Part shown: piece after piece, positions 55,385-64,000 of the stretch
How the letters are laid out: each line of letters starts with the position of its first letter
How positions within the stretch are numbered: the first letter of the stretch is position 1
NCBI RefSeq assembly: GCF_964204645.1
Contig: NC_134032.1
Location: forward strand, 1,856,416-1,920,415
DNA: 64,000 nt
From: Tubulanus polymorphus
Taxonomy: Eukaryota; Animalia; Nemertea
Reading direction: 5' to 3'
Notes under the pieces: model-generated
What the model saw: the letters and a program-made list of their open reading frames with translations, nothing else
What the model was told of the DNA's origin: nothing
The model's database searches: none
Program-made: the position numbers and the translations under genes

Positions 55385-55445
55385 GTGGGAATCGAACCCG
55401 GGTGTCGTACGCAGAAAGCAAGCACGCTAACCAGTGGACTAATAG
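55385..55445 (-). pseudogene. tRNA-like sequence, same family as 138-207
   Basis: Minus strand reads TTAGTCCACTGGTTAGCGTGCTTGCTTTCTGCG...CCCGGGTTCGATTCCC. Confidence 0.55.
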
Positions 55446-57689
55446 AACTCGACCAATAAACTGGCCCAGCTTGTCCTATGTGCGTAGCACTTCTGAGAAC
55501 CAACTTGACTAGGTTCCTTGAAGAACCATTAGTTCACGTGGGTTTATTTCACAAACGCAAGCCGAATATCTTCATCATAAAGTTCTAAGAAGAACCATTT
55601 GTTCAGAATTGTACATCTTGACCTTTTTTACTTTTGGTGGTCGACGCGTTCGCCGATAGGCGTGTTGTTAATGCCGATTCGTCGAGTAACTTACTGCGCG
55701 GATTTCGCAGAATAATAAACCCTCTCCGAGGCAACACTTCTAAGGCAGCGCTCTGATGGGTCGTCGAGATAAGATCACGGAAATAATATAATTTTTGTCG
55801 TGGCAATGCAGTGGCAATTCGCTCTGTGGCAGGCGCAGATCATGATATTCGTCCACGACATAACAATAAACAGCTAAAGACTTGAATCAGAAAAAATCCA
55901 TTTGTAACTATTTAGAAATTACCATGACACTAAGTACCACAAAAGCCTTGAATATCGCACTGATTTTACCGATATTGAATGAAATTTAAAACCAAATTCT
56001 AAAAAGTTATTCAACATCCGTCATCGGAAATCAGTAACTCGACGAGAACGGACTTCAACAACGCGAAGGTCCGCGCGATGAAGAGTGTATCGTATATTCG
56101 AATCGATCAGGCAATTATACTCCGCGTAAACCGGGACGCATAATGAAGTGCGTCTCTTCATCTAACCCATTCTTTCTCCTTCTCTCCCTCCTTCTCACTT
56201 TCTCCTTCTCTCTCTCTCTCCTTCTCTCTCTCCCCCGACCTCATCGATGCACTTATCGAATTGTACGAGCTTACTGTTACGGTTGTAATTTTGATATTGA
56301 TACTGTTGATATTCATAGTGTCGATAATTGTATTGTCCGTTAATGAAGTACCCGACGTTAGGAATCGGAGCCGTTGACTGCAGTCTCAAACAATGAAATG
56401 TAATCTATCTTAACTCAACTCAACACCTAAACGAGAGGTTCACAGAGGGACACCAAGAACTATCTACAATTACTTAACATCACATAGTATATATAAAATC
56501 AACAATAGTTATTGACATAGAAGAAATATAGTTAAGACGCTGCACTATACGCTAGCGCCACCAAGCGGGTTATTGATTAGCCACGTTGAATCTACACTAG
56601 CACCACCTAGCGGATCCCTGGCTGTCACTAGGCCACAGTTCAATGTTTAACACAAACGGTGCCTAATTCATGTCTGATGTATGTCAACCTATAACATAGA
56701 TTCTCTCAAATTTAGGGTACTCAATAAATGTTTAAAACACAATTAGGGTCATCGTCATTCGGGCATTATTATGAGTGTACATATTAGAAAGCGCCTAATT
56801 TAGTTTATCGATCTCAAGCAGCGGGATATACGATCAAGCGAATATTCCCGTCTGAAATTAGAGTTGAAAGCATTAAGCCTTAGAAAGTGTCTCGGCTAAG
56901 TTACACGGCCGTCCAAAAACGGCTAACCGCATGAAAAAGGTAGAACCTTCGGTATATTGAAAAGAACCGTTAAAGACAGGAGCTTTACTCACGAAGCCGA
57001 AAACTTGAAATATCGTTACGTTAGAATTAATCATAAAAATTCGGATTTTCGAAAATCGAAAATTCACATTTTCGATAATAGATTTCAACGCAGCGATATT
57101 CTAAATTTTTCGGCTTCGTGATTGTGAGACTTGGTTCTGTGATCAGTGTTGCTGTTATGTAAAAACCCGAGTACATCGCTGCGTGAACGGTGTGTAACGT
57201 TTCCGCTGAATAGACGTGTTGAACATCTGACCTCGCCGGCAAAATTTCAATATTAATCAGAGTTTTAACTGCCATATTATGGGACAACCAGCGAGCTACT
57301 TTTAACTTTTATCATCCCAATAATCCCGTTAATATATCGCGGAGTGGTAATAAACCGATGTACAATCGCAACAATAACATCGATATCCCGATGACCACAG
57401 CGATAATTAGAAAAGGGCGTAGTCGGAATTGTAATCTCTTGGTGCTAATATTGCCGTGAATGCAATATCTTCTGATCAATCTATTATTTCTCCCATTGTT
57501 TGATGATTTGACCATCCATTAATCTGGCACAGATCTACCAACGCATCTCGCATCCAACCGCTTGCCTCTCTTCATCTCGCATATAAAACGAAGAACCATG
57601 CTTACAAAGTTAACCACAATCCACTTTGACAGAGCTCGGAGTACTCCAAGGGCAGAACTTTAAAGGCCTAAGTATGGCGTCATGTACTG

Positions 57690-57818
57690 GGGTCAGTTGC
57701 TCAAAAGTTGGTCGAAGATAACCGGCGGATAGATACCATAGTAACAATGGACTTTTAATTGTCACCACGTCAGCTATCCACTGGTTAGCCCTAACCAACT
57801 TTTGAGCAACTGCAGCCC
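57690..57818. mobile_element. MITE family D (PIF/Harbinger-like)
   Basis: CTG|GGGTCAGTTGCTCAAAAGTTGG...CCAACTTTTGAGCAACTGCAGCCC|CTG. Confidence 0.8.
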
Positions 57819-58378
57819 CTGATAAATACTATAGTAACAATGAACTTTTAATAGTCACCACGTCAACTATCCACTGGTTAGCTCTAACCAACTTTTGAGC
57901 AACTGCAGCCCCAGATAAATTTCATAGTAACAATGAACTTTTAATTGTCACCACGTCAGCTATCCACTGGCTAGCTCTAACCAACTTTTGAGCAACTGCA
58001 GCCCCAGATAAATGTCATAGTAACAATGAACTTTTAATAGTCACTACGTCAACTATCCACTGGTTAACTCTAACCAACTTTTGAGCAACTGCAGCCCCTG
58101 ATAAATACTATAGTAACAATGAACTTTTAATAGTCACCACGTCAACTATCCACTGGTTAACTCAAACCAACTTTTGGGCAACTGCAGCCCCTGATATATA
58201 CCATAGTAACAATGAACTTTTAATTTTCACCACGTTTACTATCCACTGGTTAGCTCTAACCATCTTTTGAGCAACTGCAGCCCCTGATAAATATCATAGT
58301 AACAATGAACTTTTAATTGTCACCACGTCAACTATCCACTGGTTAACTGTAAACTACTTTTCAGCAACTGTAGCCCTA
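57730..58378. repeat. 93-bp tandem array (7 units) derived from the right part of MITE D
   Basis: CAACTTTTGAGCAACTGCAGCCC recurs with a 93-bp period. Confidence 0.92.
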
Positions 58379-58887
58379 GATTAGTGGCGTAATCATGAAT
58401 TTATAGTTCCACCACATATTTCATAGAGCCGCCATTCTAAACCGATAGTATATTTTTAATTTGTAACGTAAGGTTCGAATCCCGCATTATTTAATGACCG
58501 ATTTAACAGCCCGCGGTTACAATGTAATTTCAAGTGTTGCCATGGTGCACTAAACGGGAGAAACTTCTCCCTCTCGAGAACGCGGCGACGACGACGAGAA
58601 CTTAACGACATGGAAAAAAATCGATATCTCAAATTTCGGTTAGGAAAAAACTAAACGCGCGAATGAGTGACGAGAAATTATGAAGTGGCCACGCGTTAGG
58701 TTAGGGGTATCATTTTTGCGCCACTTGCCTTCAACCCGCGGCGGCATCAAGCTGCCATGCGGCTAAATTTGAAATGAAAGTTGATACGTGTGACAAACTG
58801 ACAAACTTCAATAACTGTTCGGTCGTATCTCATTTCACTGGCGTTCAACAAGGTGAAAATATATCACATATCCGCATCGTTCTGCTT

Positions 58888-59329
58888 CTCCCTCTCCCTC
58901 CGTCTCCGTCTCGCTCTCCTGGCTCTCCGTCTCGCTCTCCTGGCTCTCCGTCTCGCTCTCCTGGCTCTCCCTCTCCTGGCTCCCCCTCTCCTGGCTCTCC
59001 GTCTCGCTCTCCTGGCTCTCCCTCTCCTGGCTCCCCCTCTCCTGGCTCTCCCTCTCCCTGGCTCTCCTGGCTCTCCTTCTCTCTCTCCCTCTCCTAGCTC
59101 TTCCTCTCCTGGCTCTCCCTCTCCCTCTCCTGGCTCTCCCTCTCCTGGCTCTCCCTCTCCCTGGCTCTCCCTCTCCCTCTCCCTCTCCTGGCTCTCCGTC
59201 TGCATCTCCTGGCTCTCCCTCTCCAGGCTCTCCCTCTCCCTCTCCTGGTTCTCCCTCTCCTGCCTCTCCTGGCTCTCCCTCTCCTGGCTCTCCCTCTTCC
59301 TCTCCTGGCTCTCCCTCTCCCTCTCCTGG
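58888..59329. repeat. CTCCTGGCTCTCCCT-type low-complexity minisatellite
   Basis: Read directly; unit length varies. Confidence 0.9.
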
Positions 59330-59939
59330 CGCCTTTATGCTATTCAGAATGATGGAAATTGTAGAAAATGTAAACACATATAACGCATTGACAGATTCGA
59401 ACCTGATATGCAACCACTACTCGAACGTGCAATGCGATTCAGCTTTCGAACCGAAACTTACGCGGACGTACAATCAACAAATATTGAATAGATTGGAACA
59501 GGCAAAACAATATTTTTGACACATGTTCGAATTGTGAACCGCTGACCATCATCCAGCCCCTCGATGACCAACCAACTGCGTTCATTCCGTTTAAATTCTA
59601 ATATCGACCGTTCGATGATTTTTACGCGGTCGATAGAATTTAAAGGTCATTTCTTAAACCAGCAGCGGCAACGCGCGTAGTAACGCGCAGTCAGTCGGCC
59701 ACATCTGTCCCAGCTGCGCGCAGCTTGCAGCACCGATCGGCTTTCAATAAACCTATAAACATGACACGCGATCGTCGGGTCTAAAAGATATCTCGAAATG
59801 CAAACAGTGGATAGATTCACTTCAGGTTTTTCAAATCATACGCATTCGATCAATCCAGTTTTTTTCCTATCGTTTAAAATAACTGTCAAGTTCACGTGTA
59901 AAACATTTGAAGCGATGACGAAGATAGCGGCGCCATTTC

Positions 59940-60032
59940 GCTAGTTAGTAAGTAGTCAGTAACTAGTCAGTAACTAGTTAGTAACTAGTCAGTAACTAGT
60001 TAGTAGCTAGTCAGTAACTAGTCAGTAACTAT
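59940..60032. repeat. (AGTAACTAGTC)n 11-bp repeat
   Basis: Read directly. Confidence 0.9.
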
Positions 60033-60826
60033 AGTGCTCAACATTCATGCTTTGAATGCGCTTTTAAAACCATTTAAACCCAGTCTAAAAATAGAATATT
60101 ACTTAAAAACCGCAAACGATAAATATGAGATTTCAGTTACCCCGATGGGGGACACCCTATAGGGTACGTAGCGCAATCTACTACCCCCCCCCCCCCCTCC
60201 TCCTCCTCGGTCCTCGGCTTGTCCTGGTAAATGAAAAACCGATAACATCGAATTTAGACTACGCGCACCAAGCCGGCGGGTAATTGTCACATTCCTTCCT
60301 CGCCGGGAATTGACTCCGATCCGTCAATAGCAAGGATTTGAACCTGATGGCGTCGTGAAACTCCGGCACTTTCATCTCCGTTGGAATTCTAAATGCATCG
60401 CATTGCCGGACTAAAATTCGAACCTGGAACAGGGCCGAATCCAGGCCGGAACTTGAATGCCATTTTTCATCTTGTCAACAAAGATAAGCACGCTTCTTAA
60501 CATCGCCTTAATATTTCCTCAAATAATCCTTTTTGGACTTGGCAACCACTTCTGAATTAGCCCCTCAGTGCGCGGGAGTTCGCCGTTTTGAGATCAAAGT
60601 GCCATTTGGGATATGTCGAGTCTTTCTAAATTGCCTTTGAATCCGCCCCTGATGAGCCATGTACAAGCTAACAGCGTAAAATGGTTCTTCAAAATATGCT
60701 TCAAAGGTTTTTTTAATCTAACAATTATTATCGCTTTGATATCACTGTTGATCGATGGGCCCTATTCATATATATATCACGCAATGTGTATTGGGAAAAA
60801 AAACATACACGCAGCCGGTAAATATC

Positions 60827-60978
<152 letters not shown>

Positions 60979-61468
60979 CTAATCATTGTCGGTATGTGGC
61001 TCGGCGGCATTTGAGAATAAAAACCGTTTTGACAAATAGGAATAGCGTTAAACAAACGAAAATCGATACGAGGGTTGAAAAGCTCAGCTGGAACGCGCTT
61101 GAGGGTCCTGTGTGTAGGTATAGCGAGGCGATTGTTTGTAAAATAAAGATGAAACGATATGAACGCACAGCTGCGTTCATCTGATTGGGTTTAGAATAAA
61201 GCCCGCGCGCACATGTCACGCGCGCACAGTTCTCCGTATTTTTCATATTTCGCAGAGGCGTTAAGATGATGATAAAAGCGATCATTGCCCGATATTAATA
61301 TGGCGCGCTGATTAAGAGAATCATCGACGAACAATAGCGATCGGTACGATTCAATACGATCTAAGGAACTCTTTCGCGATTCATATCATTTATTTATCTC
61401 ACATTCAAGCGTTCTATCGACTGCCCGAGTGTTTACATCTGCTATAGGTGGAATCAGTTAACACGCTG

Positions 61469-61576
61469 GGCCCAGTTCCACAGTTCCGAGTTCAGATTTA
61501 ACTCTGAGTTAACTCATTGAAAATGAACTAACTTAAACTCAGAGTTAACTCTAACTCACAACTGTTGAACTGGGTC
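61469..61576 (+). mobile_element. MITE family B
   Basis: CTG|GGCCCAGTTCCACAGTT...AACTGGGTC|CTG. Confidence 0.85.
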
Positions 61577-62641
61577 CTGGGTTTTTTTCTGATACTTCAT
61601 AACAATTAACATGGAATAGAGCCTGGAGTGAAATCCAAACCGATACAAAGTTTGTCACTGTACCTACCCATAATCATCACTTCTACTACAAGTTCATTTA
61701 TGTCAAAGCAAATAACAATTATATACTTTATATGATGATATTTACAATCATAGGTTTGAGTAAAGTTTGATTTTTGTTAGTATCATTGTACCAAAAAAGG
61801 ATGGTGTACCTAGATAATCGCATTTCTATGAGGGCCAAGCGAAGTCCTAAGGAATTCTGACCTCACATCTATGCTCGCGACACCTATTAAAAGTTTGTGC
61901 TTTTTTGATAAATTTTAACGATTATCTTTCAGAGAGGATGTGTGTCCTACGTCATCAAAATATCGGTGCTAGACTGGTTGCCGGTCAATTCAATTCAATT
62001 ATCAATATTCAAATCCATAACGACTTTATTGATCGATAACAACATCTAATTCATATCATATCATTCATTACCGACAATATGAAGCGATTTGTAAGCGATT
62101 TTTTAGGAGTCAATAAACGTTTAAGTTGGTTTCCTGATCAAACTTGGGCGAGTGGTTATGAAAATAAACATCCTATGATTAAGCATACATTATTGACACT
62201 TTTGTGAAAAGAAACAATTTTTTTAGTGCCACTTTGGAGACTATACGATCCTCGTGTCATCACCAGAATCAGTGAACGCATAAAGCCCGTGGATTTAACG
62301 AGAAGCTGATTTTTGCCTTTTTGCCTTTTGCCTTAAACGATGTACAAAAAACAAGCATCGTCACCGTTAATGGTCTATCATTACCGTATGCTACCGGCGG
62401 GATTGACGGCATCTAATTGGATCAGCAGGATCAACGGGGAGCTCGTAATCCTATACTCCCGGCAATCGGCAAGATCAACCAGGTGTTAATGTTACTGTGT
62501 TGCAATTGACGATTCTGCGTGTATGTGTGGAAATCGAGGATTCGCGATTAAGTAATGTCAATTTACCATGAATGAAACACTGTATCAGTGTTGCGACGAT
62601 GATGCGTTGAGAATATGTTGAGAATAAGGCCAGTCATTAAC

Positions 62642-63267
62642 AGGAATGCAAATATTCCTGAAGATGACTATTAGGATATAGTCGAAACGTTGAATAAACT
62701 ACACTAGCTCAAGGAATACAATATTCCTGAAGATGACTATTAGGATATAGTCGAAACGTTGAATAAACTACACTAGCTCAAGTAATACAGTATTCCTGAA
62801 GATGACTATTAGAATATAGTCGAAACGTTGAATAAACTACACTAGCTCAAGTAATACAGTATTCCTGAAGATGACAATTAGGATATAGTCGAAACGTTGA
62901 ATAAACTAAACTAGCTCAAGGAATGCAGTATTCCTGAAGATGACTATTAGGATATAGTCGAAACGTTGAATAAACTACACTAGCTCAAGGAATGCAGTAT
63001 TCCTGAAGACGACTATTAGGATATAGTCGAAACGTTGAATAAACTACACTAGCTCAAGGAATACAGTATTCCTGAAGATGACTATTAGGATATAGTCGAA
63101 ACGTTGAATAAACTACACTAGCTCAAGGAATACAGTATTCCTGAAGATGACTATTAGGATATAGTCGAAACGTAGAATAAACTACACTAGCTCAAGGAAT
63201 ACAGTATTCCTGAAGATGACTATTAGGATATAGTCGAAACGTCGAATATAAACTACAATAGCTCAAG
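62642..63267 (+). ncRNA. Tandem array of nine minimal type I hammerhead ribozymes (69-bp unit)
   Basis: CTGAAGA at 62658, 62727, 62796, 62865, 62934, 63003, 63072, 63141 and 63210. Each unit has stem I TATTC/GAATA, stem II GACTAT/ATAGTC, GAAAC, and a cleavage triplet of GTT (x7), GTA or GTC. Confidence 0.85.
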
Positions 63268-63441
63268 AAAAATATTTTCGGACTTAATCTCTTTTTCGTT
63301 ATAATTGTGGGATTCTCGACACAAGGGGATGTAAGTGTCCAGTAGGATTTCAAAATTTTCAGCAATTGGGGAAAGGAACATTTGGCAAGTTGCCAGTACC
63401 CCATTCGCCTCCTCCTCTGAACATATCGATTGAACCGATTA

Positions 63442-63720
63442 ATTATTATTATTATTATTATTATTATAATTATTATTGATTAGCATTATTATTATTGTTA
63501 GCATTATTATTATTATTATTATCATTATTATTATTGATTAGCATAATTATTATTGTTAGCATTAAGATTATCAATAGCATTATTTATAAGTATCACTGCA
63601 CATTCCCCTGCACTCTGCACAAGGTTCCAGCGCCTTAATTTTATGTACAGCCTGTTGGCTTGCACTGGATACCTCGTAACCGGTTTACGAAAATAAATCA
63701 TTATTATTATTATTATTATG
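63442..63720. repeat. (ATT)n microsatellites flanking a ~130-bp unique segment
   Basis: Read directly. The unique segment ends in AATAAA + (ATT)n and may be a retroposon 3' end. Confidence 0.7.
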
Positions 63721-64000
63721 AATTCTAGAAAGGTCAACACGATACTCGAGCTTAATGGGCTCCATTTGGTTTTGAGCTGTTATGATTGAGTGGCCGCGAG
63801 AGGGTCGCCTCGATTTATACCCGAAAACAAGCATATTGAAGCAAAGGACATGCGGATGATACGTGTTCAGGGCAAGAGTAGCTGCTATAATGATATAGAT
63901 AAGCCGAAGTGGCAGTCTAGACGGTTTCGCCGATTAACCCGTCCGGAGCCTGGAACCATCCGACCCTCCTCACATCTAGGTCTAGGTTCCAGACCTAGTT

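Noticed and set aside
58774-59413. Collagen-like GEPGEGEPG ORF
   Set aside because: There is no sustained Gly-X-Y period, and the frame shifts into RGRARR and ESQ repeats. It is a low-complexity DNA repeat.
62642-63267. CRISPR-like array
   Set aside because: The units are identical end to end with no unique spacers, there are no cas genes, and the context is eukaryotic. The hammerhead reading explains the internal palindromes.

Overview
This is eukaryotic non-coding DNA, probably a long intron or intergenic stretch of a bilaterian invertebrate. It is CpG-rich with no visible CpG depletion. I cannot support any host protein-coding gene: every long ORF in the track is a translated micro- or minisatellite. 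The window is dense with small mobile elements: several PIF/Harbinger-like MITE families with CWG target duplications, an IS3EU-like MITE, tRNA-derived SINEs (one a CORE-SINE with an L2-like tail) and LINE 3' fragments. Three things stand out. (1) A 9 x 69-bp tandem array at 62.64-63.27 kb in which every unit is a minimal type I hammerhead ribozyme of the Penelope/retrozyme kind, with a single dispersed copy at ~24.96 kb. (2) A ~330-bp MITE family (family A, about a dozen copies or fragments) carrying two convergent CTCF-like motifs, including a 4-unit tandem CTCF-like array built from its left end. (3) Three copies of that MITE carry 3' ends of the same LINE family at nearly the same position and in the same orientation, which suggests a LINE that targets a MITE. 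All coordinates were read by eye and may be off by a few bases.
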